From positions 85,188,001 to 85,252,000 of the forward strand of contig OZ024743.1 of NCBI GenBank assembly GCA_964016885.1: a stretch of 64,000 nt of DNA. Reading direction: 5' to 3'. The first letter of the stretch is position 1. Each line of letters begins with the position of its first letter. The stretch comes from Eledone cirrhosa (Eukaryota). The notes below the pieces were generated by a model, which was not told the origin of the DNA, made no database searches, and saw only the letters and a list, made by a program, of their open reading frames with translations. Both the position numbers and the translations under genes were made by a program. This document shows positions 24,690 to 38,413 of this stretch, in pieces.

Positions 24690-26600
24690 GTACAAGAGGG
24701 AAAATCATAGTTTACCTTCATTGTTGGATGTCTCACAGGCTAATCTTCTCCAGAATGTGGTATATCTGTGGTCCTCAAGCACCCAGCCTAACTGTACTCT
24801 ATCACTAGCTAATGTCCCCATGCACCGAGCAGAAAAAAACACACTCCTTCCTCCCCAGGTTTGTTTACCAAGAGATGCAAGAAAGTCTGCATTGCTGCTG
24901 CTGCATCCAGCTTTCCATCATCACAGTCCCTGCCACTTCCAGCAAGGCCTTCTGGCCCCTACACTTCCAGCAAGGCCCCCAGCCCCATACACCACTCTAA
25001 TCTCCATGTGAAAATCCACCATATGTCCAGGTGCCAGATGCTCCCGCTATAACCTCTGCAGAACTATGGTGCCGCTTTCCTTCTTTGTGTTTTGACCAAT
25101 TGATAATACTGCAGATATCCTAGATATGACGTGACATTCCATCCTTGGACACATTGTTTTAGGAATTTATGGCTGTTACTGTTGCCTTACCCATTGAGAC
25201 ATGCAGTACACATTCAGATGCTTGACATAGACTTCATCTCTGGCCTGTACATATATGGTTCTTCTCTCTTCAACTGGTCACTGTGGTACCACACACGAAT
25301 GTCGCCATTCGTATCTAAATATTGCTCTGTATGGTACTGATTCTTTGGCCTGATCTTTTTAAGGTGACATGTTACACCAAAACACTGGCTAAATTGGTGA
25401 TATATGTCCCCTCTCGGTTGTGGTCTTGATCATGTGATGATGCCTTTCTACGATACTATTTCCACTTGGCCTGTATGCTGCTGTGAATAAGTGGTTCACA
25501 TTCCACTTTTCAAGTATTTCCTTCAGCATCTCTGAGTGAAATGAAGTGCCGTTGTCCATCAGCAGCTCATCCACAGGGCCCCACTCAAGGAATATTTAAT
25601 TTAGCATTCATGCAATTACATCCATGGTCCTCATCTTTATTTCCTTACATATTGCCATCTGCCTGGTCCGCAGTCAACCCACAAGAGATATGACCCCTGT
25701 CGGTAGCGCATCCCATCCACTGCCACTCATTTCCAGTTGAATTCCACTAGGGTGTTTCCTGTGTCACACCTGGAACAGGGTTGATGGACTGACATCTGTT
25801 ACAACTCCTGATCACTTTCTACACTCTTTGTCTGGTAACATCAGAGTCTACTTTCCTGGTTATGAACGGTCTTATCCACTCCCATGAGTTGCATGGTATG
25901 CAGGCTCTTTAGCTCCAAGTCATTCAGCTGATACATTGCAGCTACCCACCACTCCAAATCCTCTGGTGCTTCCAGCCAGGCTATCATCATTCTGGTGAGA
26001 ACATCTACCTTATTCTTTTTCAGGGGCACAAAGACGACGTTCAATTTCCATCTGAACCTGGCAGCTAGCTCTCTCAGGTGGTGCTGTATTAACATCTCTG
26101 CCACCCCTTTCATTACTAATCTCACCCATCTGAGTACAGTGGCCGAATCAGTTTGGATTTTGATGGTATGCAGTCCTCATCTCCGGGCCAGATTCACTCT
26201 CTTCAGTACAGCATCCATTTCAGCCACATTGATGTGGTTGCATTCATCGTTCTTCCATGGCCAAGCTGCATTCTTCACCTCGTCACCCCCTATTTCCAGA
26301 ATGGTCACTACAGCTATGCTGCTAGCATCACTCCACACGATCCTATTCTCCAATTTGGGCATATACCAGCTTCCTCTTACTGGGTCCTCCACACATACCC
26401 TCACCAGGATCTCCAGCATCATGGCCAGCATCCTCTCTCCTACTCTGTCCTCCCAGCTCACCCTTTCAGCTCGTTTCTTGATGTAGCTACATACTGTTTG
26501 GAGCCATCTCACAATTGGATAGTGGCCCACCAGTTTCCCACACATCAAGGACAGTTCTTGTTTGTTCATGCCGGTACCTAATTGCGAGATTTCATTTCCC
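24690..26600 (-). mobile_element. Decayed Ty3/Gypsy LTR retrotransposon pol (RNase H and integrase)
   Basis: RNase H motifs VWSDASS and HINVAEMDAV; integrase motifs LLMDNGTSF and YRPSGNSIVER; order RH then IN. Confidence 0.8.
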
Positions 26601-27144
26601 CTCAAAAATGCCAATATGCCCACTATGTCACTGGCCCCTACACTTTGAGCAAGGCTTCAGTCCCACACTTGTATCCTTGTGCAAGACATTTTATTTCACA
26701 TTATTCCAGTTCACTCAGCAGGAAAAAAATAAGTTGAGATGTCAATGGTACCAAGGTGTATTAGCTTTTGCTTTTCCCTTTAACATCATATATAGTGTAT
26801 ATGATTTGTCGTTACACTGGTTCCAAGCTGTGTCAGTCTTTCTCTTTCCCTTGGACAGCATCATATATAGTGAATAAATTGTGTGTATATAATGTATACA
26901 TAGTTTATATATGGCATAGAGATGGAAGACTAGCATACATGGGCAACTGCTGGTTTTCTGCAAAAATCACCTTACCCCGACTTCTAACTAGGAAGAGGGA
27001 CTTTCGAGATGCAAACCTATGGTCCTTCATGATCAAAGTGGACCTCCTTATAAACTAACATAATATATTGTTATAAAAAAGAAACAGCTACCCCCCCCCC
27101 CCTCCTCAACAAACCACAATACTACATACTACATAGGAACATAG

Positions 27145-27325
27145 GAAACCTTTTTTGAGCAGTGGGCCGCATAGGATGTGGCCCTTCAGAAGGTGGGATG
27201 CATAGGATGTGGCCCTTCAGAAGGTGGGATGCATAGGATGTGGCCCTTCATATGGTGGGCTGCATAGGATGTGGCCCTTCATAAGGAGGGCTGCATAGGA
27301 TGTGGCTTTTCAGAAGGTGGGCCAC
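27145..27325. repeat. 31-bp tandem repeat (~5 copies) in a hAT-like MITE fragment
   Basis: GCATAGGATGTGGCCCTTCAGAAGGTGGG(A/C)T units preceded by AACCTTTTTTGAGCAGTGGGCCGCATA. Confidence 0.65.
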
Positions 27326-27991
27326 ACTATTACAAATTCAAGACAATTTTGAAATTAAGCATGCCATTCAGAAAGCCAGACGTGCTGCATGTGACTCATT
27401 GGCCAGTTTTTCCATGACTGCTGTAAACTATAGAATATCATTTAAAAGACTAACCATCAACATCATCATTTTTTTTACGTCTGTTTTTCCACGCTTACAT
27501 GGGTTGGATGGATCCTTTTCAGCACAGCATCTCCCACCTTGCCACATTCCTTCGTTATCTCCTCTGTGAGTCTCAGTGATTTGAGATCAACTCTCACCAC
27601 CTCTGCCCAAGTGTTTCTTGGTCTACCTCTACTTCAGCTTCCTTCCATTGGGACTTCCTGGCACTTCTTCACCCAGCAATCACATGTCTGTACTAAAGCA
27701 ATCTTTAAATTGGAAATATTTGTATACAAACATGAATGCTGTAAATCTCATGACTCTGTTATATAGAACATACTGCTAAAACACTATTTCACTAGCTCAC
27801 TATGCATTTATATGGCTTCATTGCAATGCATTACATCAAATTAGAATCACTATCATCATCATCATGATAGTGATTCTAATTTGATGTAATATATATATAA
27901 GCAAAAATATATGGAGGAGAAGGCAATACATTTAAAAATAAGATTTATTTCTTACACAGTGTTTCACCTAAAAGTACAATTACAATACAAC

Positions 27992-28042
<51 letters not shown>

Positions 28043-28132
28043 CATGTATATTATTAGAAAGCTGAAGCACTTAAGAATTTTTAAAGAAGAAACATTTTTG
28101 TCTTTAAGGATAATGCTGGAGGAAAGTCTAAT

Positions 28133-28176
<44 letters not shown>

Positions 28177-28681
28177 CATCATCATTATCATCCTTTTACA
28201 TCCATTTTCCATGCAAGCATGTGTTGGGTGAGTTTAGGAGACACATCTTGCTCATACATTTCATATTTTATCAAGGTTTCTATGACTGAATGCCCTTGCT
28301 AAGGTCGGCCATTCTGTAGAGTGTATTGAGTACATCTTATTGGGATAATGTAATAGTCTTGGTACTATTACATTACAGAATGTATCGGGTGCCCTTTATC
28401 GTGGCACTATCACTTTACACACACTTACATATATATTGTCAATCATGAAGTACAGGGAAGTATCATCCCGAATGATTGGAGTATCTACAAGGAATGGGAT
28501 GATTCTCTAAAGAGAGGTAACTACAGAGATGTCATTCTGACAGACCAGGTTATGAAAGTAACAAAAAGAGTTTTAGCACAACTGATTAGGAAAGGTATTA
28601 GATTAGTTGAGATGCAGTTTGAATTTGATGCCATCTTCCTAGTGAGACAACTAGAGTTCTTGGCTAAGAGATAGCCACTAT

Positions 28682-29281
28682 CAGGACCAGATTTAAACCT
28701 TGGTGAGCCCCTGAAACACAAAAACTTAGAATACACATCAAACCCCCAATTTTACATATCAAAGTCGACTGGTGCAAATATTTGGAATTGTAAAGTTATA
28801 GATACAGGTATTAAATTAAAAAAATCTAACCATCCTCATTTTACATCCACTTTCCACACTGGCATGTGTTGGACAGGTTGTTGCAGTTTGAGCCCAGACA
28901 TATTGGAGTGACCTCATCTTGCTCATACATTACATATTTGGTATGGTTTCTATGGCTGAATGACCTTCCTAACATAACCACTTTAGAGTATTTACTGGGT
29001 GCATTGTTTTTGTGATACAATCACAACCATTTTATTCAGTGGCATTAAATACTTTTTATTAGAATATTGTTCTGATAACAACCTGATGTCTTTAAAGTTG
29101 AGAAAATTTGATGAATTTGTCACAGTAAGGGCATTGAAAACTTTTTGTTAAAAATATAGTTCTCGTCAAAGGGATAAAACTAAAAAGCCCAGCAGAGGGC
29201 ACAAATATATTGCTATGGCTGTCACTGGTGACTCACCCCCCCCTGCAATTGCCCCCTTGCCACCCATTAAATCTGGCCCTG
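28682..29281. mobile_element. hAT-type MITE with an 8-bp TSD, inserted in an old RTE and itself carrying an RTE-tail insertion
   Basis: TIRs CAGGACCAGATTTAA / TTAAATCTGGCCCTG; TSD GCCACTAT at 28674-28681 and 29282-29289. Confidence 0.85.
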
Positions 29282-31224
29282 GCCACTATCCCTAGCATAT
29301 CTGGTGAAGGTATTTGAGTACTATGTCCTGTAGTCTGGTGTTCACAAAAAAACTACATGTAGGCTTATGAGAACAGTACAAGCCATGTACAACCATGTTG
29401 TCTGCAAGACAGGAGCTAGTATGCAGATGTATATTAGTGCGCTAAGCCCTAACAGAAAACTGACTATCCATGAGAACATTTGTATGTTGACAACCTAGTT
29501 CTCATGGCTAAATCTGTCAAAGAATTAGAGAAAAAATTTGGAAGTAAAACCGAGAACCAAGTAAATCCAGCAAAGGCAAAAGTTTTAATTAGAACATAAG
29601 AAGACAGGACTCTACAGCCATCAGGAAGATTACCCTGGTCAATATGCAGAAAAGGAGTCGCTATAAATTAAATATGTATGTATGGCCCCATAACTTCCAA
29701 TGTTGTAGGGGCAACATAGTGACATACATTGTCTTGAGCATTTTAAACCTGGAGAGCCCATCCTTCATTAGGTCTAAACACAGTCAATTTCTTCCTGAGA
29801 AGGAAACAGAGTGACAAGGTGAGAAAGAAATATAAAGGAAGAATTGACTCAACTACTGGACTGGTATTTTTTTTTATCAACCTTGAAAGTTTACTGAATA
29901 TAAAGTTAAGGAAATGGAGATTGTATCTGAGATCTAGTATGTGTTTAGTTTATAGTTGGCTTTGATTTTCTCAGTGTATTGTTTATGGGTTAAGATAATC
30001 AATGGTCTTATTTCTTGGATAGCTTTGGCTTTGGGCATTTGATGGTCTTATTTACATAAATGTATGTGTATATATATGTATAAATAAATAAATATATTGG
30101 TGTTAGGAAGGGCATCCAGCCATAGAAAACCCGCCAGACAGTCCTAGACGAGCAAGACAACCAATTTTGCCTCATGTGGGACAATTCACGTCTAAACCCA
30201 TGCTAGCGTGGAAGATAGACATTAAACGATGATGATGATGATGATGATGATATATATATATAATGTATATAATATATACAATATATATACAGAGAGAGAG
30301 AGATGTAAAATCCCAACTGTGGTGCCAAGTAGGTTTAGCTTGGCACCGCAGTCGGGATTTTACGTATCTCTATACCCACTCTGCATCTCCCCATGCATTG
30401 AGTACTCCAATGATTAGTGGTGTCCACGGTCTCAGCACCACAGATTCTATACATATATATGTATGTATGCTTTCTTTTTGGCTAAATGCATTCACTGTTC
30501 AGAGAGTGGGATTGGCCCTGTGCAAAACCTTTCCTTACTTAAAAAAGCTTCAAGCACAGGCATCACTTGATATGTGACATTTTTTGCGATGGATGGTATT
30601 GCTGGCCATAGGCAAGTCCCTAGCAGGACTAAAGAGCTACCTCTTTGATGCTCAAGCTTAAGTATCAAGCGATGGCATTACTCGAAATCAAGTTGCAACC
30701 ATCATGTATGTATGTTTGTATGTGTGTGTGTGTGTGCAGTGGTACTGCTAGAGTTTCAATGAAATGCACTCAATACACACTGTACAGTGGTTGGTGTTAG
30801 GAAGAGCATAAAGCAAACCAAGCCATAGAAACCATGCCAAAAATGGAACATATGTGCAAGACCTGGCTCTCTAATCCATCTCATCCTGGACCATGATAGT
30901 TCATCCAACCCATGCTAGAATGGAAAAATCAATAAGATTTGATAATGATGTTATGTATACATATAATGTCAATGATATATTTACAGATATTCCATTTGGT
31001 TATGAGAATTCTTGTTGACCTTTATGTTGAAATCACTTTTGATCCCCACCCTCTCACTTTGTCTTTTTCTCGCTATCTATCCACCCATTTAGCTATCAGC
31101 ACATCTATATATCTATCAGCACATCTATATATCTATCAATATTATCTATCTAGCAATCCATCAACACATTTATCTACTTTTCAACATAACTATCTATCAA
31201 TATATCTGTTTGTCTGCCTGTCAA

Positions 31225-32020
31225 CATTTCTTCTTCTTCAACTGATCTGACTGGATCCTCAAGTGGGACCAGCTCATGGATGTTATCCAACGATCTTGAT
31301 TGGTAGGGTCTATCCCTTGGTCTCCTACTGGTTGGTTTGCCTGTAAAATCTGTCCAGTGATTCTTTGATGAGACATTCTAACTGCATGCCCATAGTATCG
31401 GAGCTGTGATCTCAAAATTCAGAGAAGTAGTGGTTCTAGAGTGACTCTCTCATCTCCAAGCTACACTCTATCCAGTAATGTTACTTCAAAGACTATTCAG
31501 AGGAACCCCATTTCAACCTCTTGTATTCATGATCATATTCTTTCAGTCATTACCTAAGATTCATGACTACAGGTAAGGGTTGGCATGACTACCGAATTGA
31601 AGATAATGAGTTTAGCTTTTACACCTACCTCCCTTCTTCTGATTACCGAATACTGAAGTTGGCGCATTAGTGCACCAGCTCATGCAATTCTTGCACTTAA
31701 TTCAGCCTCCTACCTTCCATCATTCGTAGACACAGCCCCAAGGTACTTGAACTTCTCCACTTGCTTCAGTGGAATTCCATTCAATTGTAGAGTACACTAT
31801 GCAAGCTTCCTTGAGAGGAAGAGTCTCTCAGTTTTCACAGCACTGATTTTCATTCCAACCATGCAACACTCGGCATCAAATCTATCAAGTACAAGTTAGA
31901 GATCACCTTCAGTTGAGTTAAGTAACACCATGTCATCTGCAAATTCCACTGACTGATTTTACACCCGCCAGTTGTGATACCAGTTCCAACCCAACTGCGC
32001 ATGTCAAACCTGTTCATGAA
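31225..32020 (-). mobile_element. Old RTE-group LINE RT fragment of a distinct lineage; related 3' end at 57255-57460 (+)
   Basis: Frameshifted ADD.VL, LKQVEKFKYLG and RSQLRYYGHAVRM peptides; no PHD insert. Confidence 0.7.
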
Positions 32021-32318
32021 AATAATTGTTTCTACATTAGGCACAAGGCCAGCAATTACTCAGTGCATTACTGGTACTTTATTTTATCGACCCCGTAAGG
32101 ATGAAAGGCAAAGTTAACGTTGGCAGGATTTGAACTCAGAAAGGCAAGGGCCGTAACTCTATACGTCAAAGCATGGCGTCCGACCCTCTACCGATACTGC
32201 CAATCCACCGCCCTTCATGAAAATAATTAACAGGAAAGGCGACAGTACACACCTTTGGCAGAGTCTGATTCCCACATTGAATGGTTCCGATTTCTGTTAA
32301 CATATCTATCTATCAATA

Positions 32319-33605
32319 ACACTTTTATAGCGTCCGCCATCTACTACCGCTTGACCGTCGTGCCTTGTCCAGCCAAAACGCTCGCCAAAATGGAGCGCGC
32401 GCTCTTCCGATTCCTTTGGAAGAGGCGGGCTCCTTTGGTGAGAAGATCCATCTGCTGCCAACACCCTTCTAACGGAGGGCTGGGGATGCCGTGGTTGACG
32501 ATGCGCAAACACGCGCTCAGGCTGCGGCATCTCTACGTATTCCTCACCGGACAACCGGTGTGGGCCCCGTTCGTGAGGCGAGCCTTCCCACGACTCGTCT
32601 CGCTGACCGAGCTGCAGTCCTGGGTCAAGCAGAGACCGAGGAAAATGGGCGACTGGCACATCGAATCTGCTCAGGCGCTCACAGCCCTCTGGTAGGCGGA
32701 CCCGGCGATCAGTGGAGACTCCACTTCGTCATTCTATAGAGGGTTGGTCCGCAGCAAGTGCGACGACGCGCTCGGTGAAACTCTAGGCGTAGAGGAAGAT
32801 GAACTGGCCAGTCTGTTCAGTAGGACCTTCCGCCCGGGACCGATGGACAACTTCCAAAAGTCCCTGGCCTGGCAGTGCTACCGAGGAGCTCTACCAGTTC
32901 GAGACAAGCTCTACAGACATGGGCGCCCGGGCAGGGACCCTGCAAAAAAGATCTGTCCAAGGTGCGTGCGAGACGAAGAAACCGTCGCGCACGCATTCAT
33001 ACACTGCCCGGGCGTCACTGACCTGTGGGGCTATGTAGAACGACTATTGTCGCGGGTGGGACCAATCCAGTTGACCACCGAGTCCATTGTCATGATCAAA
33101 CCGCCACCCTCCTTCAAAAACGAAGGAGAGGCGGTTTTCCTTTGTGTGATAGCTATGGCGAAAGAGGTTGTGTGGTGGACAAGGTTGAAAGGGCTGAGGT
33201 CAGACACCTTTCTCTCCGGCCAACAACTGATTCTTTTTTTCAAATACCACTTTGGAAGAAGAATCAGGATGGAGAGAGAGGTGCTGTACCCCAGCAAGTT
33301 TTATGAAAGGTGGGTGAAAGTGGCGAGAATGGCCCGAGTGAATGGGCCTTCTCTCTATATCAGCCTGTAGGTTGAGGAAAAGGAGGAGGAGAGGAAAGGA
33401 GTACAAGCTCTTCGTACTCCTGGAGATGAGGGTTGCACATTTTTTTTCGGGGGTATGTGTTACTCAACTGTCTCCCTCTATTGGGGAAAATCGACTAACT
33501 TTTAAATTCCATCTGTGATAACATTTTACACGTTTTTATTGTATGTAAACTTCCCCCTTTGTATTTGTCCCCTTCTTTTGTGCCCCTGTGGCTAATAAAG
33601 AAATA
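32319..33605 (+). mobile_element. 5'-truncated Tx1/L1-clade LINE (family b) with a 12-bp TSD
   Basis: GGLGMP motif, zinc finger CPRC...H.FIHC, AATAAA; TSD TATCTATCAATA at 32307-32318 and 33606-33617. Confidence 0.9.
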
Positions 33606-33806
33606 TATCTATCAATATATCTATTTATCGCTCCCTCAACCTATCCACTGACCTATTCACCCATCCAACCTAGAGATTGGTGGAATTGTTTGTGGGTCAG
33701 TTGTGATGTCTGGTAGTATCTCTTACATCTCATTTTATTCTTGAACAACATAGGTGATTATTTCATGTGTTTATTTTAAATATATGTATGTCAATCAATT
33801 TCTAGT

Positions 33807-33868
<62 letters not shown>

Positions 33869-33870
33869 GT

Positions 33871-34203
33871 ATCATCATCATCATTTCATTTTATGTCTGA
33901 TTTTCCCTGCTTGCAAGGGTGGGACGGGAACTGATTCTGGCTTGATTTCTACAGCTGGATGCCCTTCCTAACACCAACCTCATTTGCAGTGAGTGTTTGG
34001 TGCTTTTTATCCATGGCGCCTACACGTCCACTTTGCAGTGGATTGATAGGGACCGCAGTCCCTATCATCTCATTTCTACAGCTGAGTAAACTGGAGCAAT
34101 GTGAAATAAAGTGTCTTGCTCAGGGAAACAACACATCACCCGGTGTGAGAATTGAACTCACAACCTTTTGATTGCAAGGCCAATGCTCTAACCACTAAGC
34201 CAT
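33871..34203 (-). mobile_element. Full-length tRNA-derived CORE-like SINE with an RTE 3' tail
   Basis: TGGCTTAGTGG (A box), GAGTTCAATTC (B box), CORE-like segment, GATAGGGAC/GTCCCTATC hairpin, GGAAGGGCATCC, (ATG)n. Confidence 0.85.
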
Positions 34204-34212
34204 GTATATATA

Positions 34213-34626
34213 GATAAAAACTGACCTTGCTCACCTATACCTCTCTAAGACAATGACACTGGATCGAGACCTTTGGCACCTTGCAGTTGTACAGAAGACC
34301 CGACTACCATTACATACAAACAAACCTACAGTCATTAGGCACCACTTAACTCAATGTACACCCCACTGCCACCCTCCCTCTCCCGTTCCGTCCACTGTGT
34401 CAACGACACAACAGTCCACACTGTAAGGTGGCCGTGTAGGGGACACAATGAAAAGGCTCCCAGTCCACACTGTAAATGTGGTTGGTGTTAGGAAGGGCAT
34501 CCAACTGTAAAAAACCTGCTAGAGACACTTCCATGCGAGCAAGACATGGTCTCCGCATCAAATGGAACAAAACCATCTAACCCATGCTAGCATGGAAGAT
34601 GGACATTAAACGATGATGATGATGAT
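34213..34626 (+). mobile_element. RTE 3' end (third variant)
   Basis: TDLAHLYLSKTMTLDRDLW followed by the RTE 3' UTR and (ATG)n. Confidence 0.85.
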
Positions 34627-34810
34627 ACATATATATGTATATATATGTATATATATATATAGAAATAGCCGTCGAAACGGCTTGAGCTCTGACGTCGGGG
34701 TCTTGAACATTTTCCTATTACCCACTCTACTACCCTAAGTATTGAGTACTCTGGTGCGTTATAGCCCACCTGGTTCCTTACCACACTTCCTTCGTTATAT
34801 ATATATATAT

Positions 34811-37800
34811 CATCATCATCACCATCATACGTCCATTCTTCCATGCTAGCATTTGTTAGACGGGTTGTCCTGTTGTGGGCAGTGTCCGGTCGGCTGACCT
34901 TGTCTTGCTCATACCGGAACTGATTCTGTCTTGATTTCTACAGCTGGATGCCCTTCCTAACACCAACCTCATTTACAGTGAGTACTGGGCGCCTACACTT
35001 CCACTTTACAGTGTGGGCTGGGTGCTTTTTTGCCGTGGCACCTCCACGACCACTTTGCAGTGGGAGGGTCTGTGTGGGGCCTATTGTCAATATGCTTCAG
35101 CTACGGCTTGTAACCGTGGGGGTGGGGTCTTCTGTATTACTGCGTGACGCCAGAGGTCAAGGTCGTGTGTCATTGCCTTTGAGAGGTGTAATTGGGTAAG
35201 GTCGGCTTTTATCACCTCACCCCAAGTCTTCTTGGGTCTCCTCACTCCTAGGTTTCCGTCAACTTCTAGTGCTCTGCACCTTTTTATGCAGCTGTCATCC
35301 TTCATACACATCACATGACCATACCAACGCAACCGCCTCCCCTGCACACAGCATTTGATTCCTCTTATGCTCAGTCTCTCTCTCAATTCATTTATGCTTT
35401 GCCGTTCGCGTATATTACTATTACACATCCATCTGAGCATGCAGGCTTCGTTTCTTTCTAACCTACGCAAGTCTTCCACAGACAGCGCCCAGGTCTCACT
35501 ACCATGTAACATTGCTGTTCGTATACACGCATCATACAGTTTGCCCTTCATTTTGAGGGAAAAGCCTTTTGCAGCTAGCAGTGGCAGTAGCTCCCTGAAC
35601 TTCTTCCATCCCGTTCTTACCCTAGTTATTGTACTTTCCAAACACCCACCGCCGCTGCTAATTCGGTCACCTAGGTAGCAGAAGCTGTCTACTGTCTCTA
35701 CAGAGCCCTCCCAGAGATTGGTGCTACTTGTTTCCTGTGGCTGTTTGCTGCTTGCTGTCCCAGCACAGCTGCTACATGTGAAGCCTACATTCTTAGTTAA
35801 GCTTCCTGAGATCCCACTACATCTCTTGTGTACCCATTGTTTGCACTTGGGGCAGAGAATGGAGTTCCTACTTACTCCTTTCATACATATCAGTGGTGCC
35901 TCTTCCTGGTACAAACCCAAATTGCATCTCATCTAGTTTCACTCGGTCCCTAATCAACTGTGCTATAACTCTTTCTGTTACTTTCATGACCTGGTCCATC
36001 AGCTATACCTCTATAGTTTCCTCTATCTAGTGCATCACCTTTACCTTTGTAGCAATTGACAATGATGCTACTGCACCAATCATTTGGTATGACACCTAGT
36101 ATTACCTGGTTAACAATACATGTGGTTATGGTGTGACCTACCGACCCAGATGCCTTCAGCATCTCGGCAGCTATACCCGAAGGACCGGTTGCCTTCTCCG
36201 TCTTCATACCTTTGATTGCCTTACTTACTATTCTGCTGCTGACTTGTATTGCTGGCCCCTCTATAGGGTCTACTTGGAGTAGGGTCTCTTCTTCCCTTGC
36301 ATTCTCCTCATTTAGTAATCTATCATAATGGTTCTTCCACGCATCTTTCTTCTCAGCACTTGTGAGAGCAAGCTCACCTTTATCATTCCGGATACACTTC
36401 TCTCCAATGACATCACAATTCTCTCTGACACACTGCCTCGCAATCTTGAACACCTCCTGTTTCTGGTCCTCATGTTGCAAAACATGCTTGAATTTTCTAT
36501 CCTCTGCTTCCCTCCTAGCTAAGTATACTTGTCTCCTAGCTTCCCTCCTGGTCTCTATGTAATGTACCCTGCTCGCCCCGTTCTTCCATTCTTTCCATGC
36601 TTGTCTCTTGGCCTTAACTGCCTCATCTACCTTATTGTTCCACCACCAAGTCACTCTCCCCCTGCCTGTGGTCTTACTCCAGCCACAGATCTCATCCGTC
36701 GCCTTTAGTAAGTTATTTTTTAAGAACTCCCAGTGCTCTTCTACATTGAATGTCTCTATCTGTTCTTCTTTACTGTCATAGGCGTTGAGTAAAATATCTT
36801 TAAATCTGTTACTGGCTGAGGGCTTTTTCAGCTTCCAGATCTTTCTTCTCTAGGTTGGCTTCTGTTTCCAGGTTCGTCTAGTTCTGACCGTGAGGTCGCT
36901 GACAACTAAGCTATGTTGGGAGGTACATTCCTCACCAGGGAAGGCTTTTGTGTTTACGACCGTCCATCTGTCACGTCCTCTGATGAGGATAAAATCTATC
37001 TGACTAGAATGCTCCCCTGATCTATAGGTGATCAGGTGGTTGTCGGGTTTTTTTAAGTTTGTGTTACATATCGACATGTCATTGGCGTCGCAGAATTCTA
37101 GAAGTCTGAATCCTTCTTCATTTCTTGTGCCAACCCCATGGCCTCCATGGACTCTATAGAAGCTGTCACGGTGTTTACCTATGTGTCCGTTAAAATCTCC
37201 TGCAATGATTAGGAAGTCAATGTCGTTTGTTAGAGCAGTAGTGTGCATTAGGGACTCGTAAAACCTATCCTTAAGTTCGTCTGGCAACCCTGAATGGGGT
37301 GTGTAAGCTGATATTATCGTGGTAATTGTTTTATTCAGGATTAGTCTGAGTTTAATGATTCTTGCATTCACCCTGTTTACCCTGATTACCTTATCTACCC
37401 ACTTTTCAGCTACACCACCCATACCATCGTCATTTTCCACCCAGAAAAATTTGTAGCACTGACTTTTACCTACAAGGACTCGAGCAGACGCTCCTCTCCA
37501 TCTAGACTCTTGCACACAGCATACATCAATTTCCTTTTGCTCTAGCATCTCTACAATTTCTCCTGCTCTTCCTTTCATTGTGCTTACATTGATGGTACCA
37601 ACTCGGAGTTTTGGGCATTTGTCAACATACGTGGGAAAGGGTCGATTTTTGCAGGGGTGTGTGTATGTTTCCTGTCTCTGAATTGAAGCTTCACATAGGT
37701 GCTTGGTAGCTCGCGGATTCATATTCATTTTCATATTAATTCGGGGTTGCTCCATTTATTCTCAGCTCATCCATACATAACGGTAGGAGAATTCAGGGCT

Positions 37801-38413
37801 AGTAGAACAGTGGTGGTGGTAATAATGGCAGGGTTTGTTGGGGCTGGGATGGGTGAGGAGAGAGGTAGGTAGTAGTAGTAATGGCAGAGCTTATTGGGGT
37901 TGGTAATGGGTGGGTGGGGACATGCGGTGGTTTGATTGGTCGAATAGGCTATGGTGGTATGAGGGGGTGGGTGCAAGGGAAGTTATGAGATAGGTAGCCA
38001 TCATGGCCTACAGCATCTCATGGCAAAATAAACCGATACGAGTACCTATATTAGACAAGGCGAAATGTTAATGTTAGGATTTCGAAGGGAGTAGATGACT
38101 TCGTAGAGACAGCAAAATGATAAATACAACAACACTAATAATAAGAGAGAGGAAGGGAATAGATGATTTCGTAGAGAGACAGCATGGGAAAAGAAAATGA
38201 GGGTAAAAAATAAATGTGTTATGGAGGCTAGTGAAATGATAAATACAAAATAATAGTGTGAACGGAACATTTGCAATTGGGAAATAGAGGGATAGCAGTA
38301 AATGCTTACGGCACTTAGGGTTCCCAAGCGGTCACCCTTCTAAGTACTAACTAGGCTCGACGTTGCTTAACTTCGGGGATCGGACGAGAACCAGTGTTTT
38401 CAGCGTGATATGG

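Noticed and set aside
34130-34203. tRNA gene
   Set aside because: The cloverleaf is imperfect and runs into a CORE body and RTE tail, so it is a SINE head.
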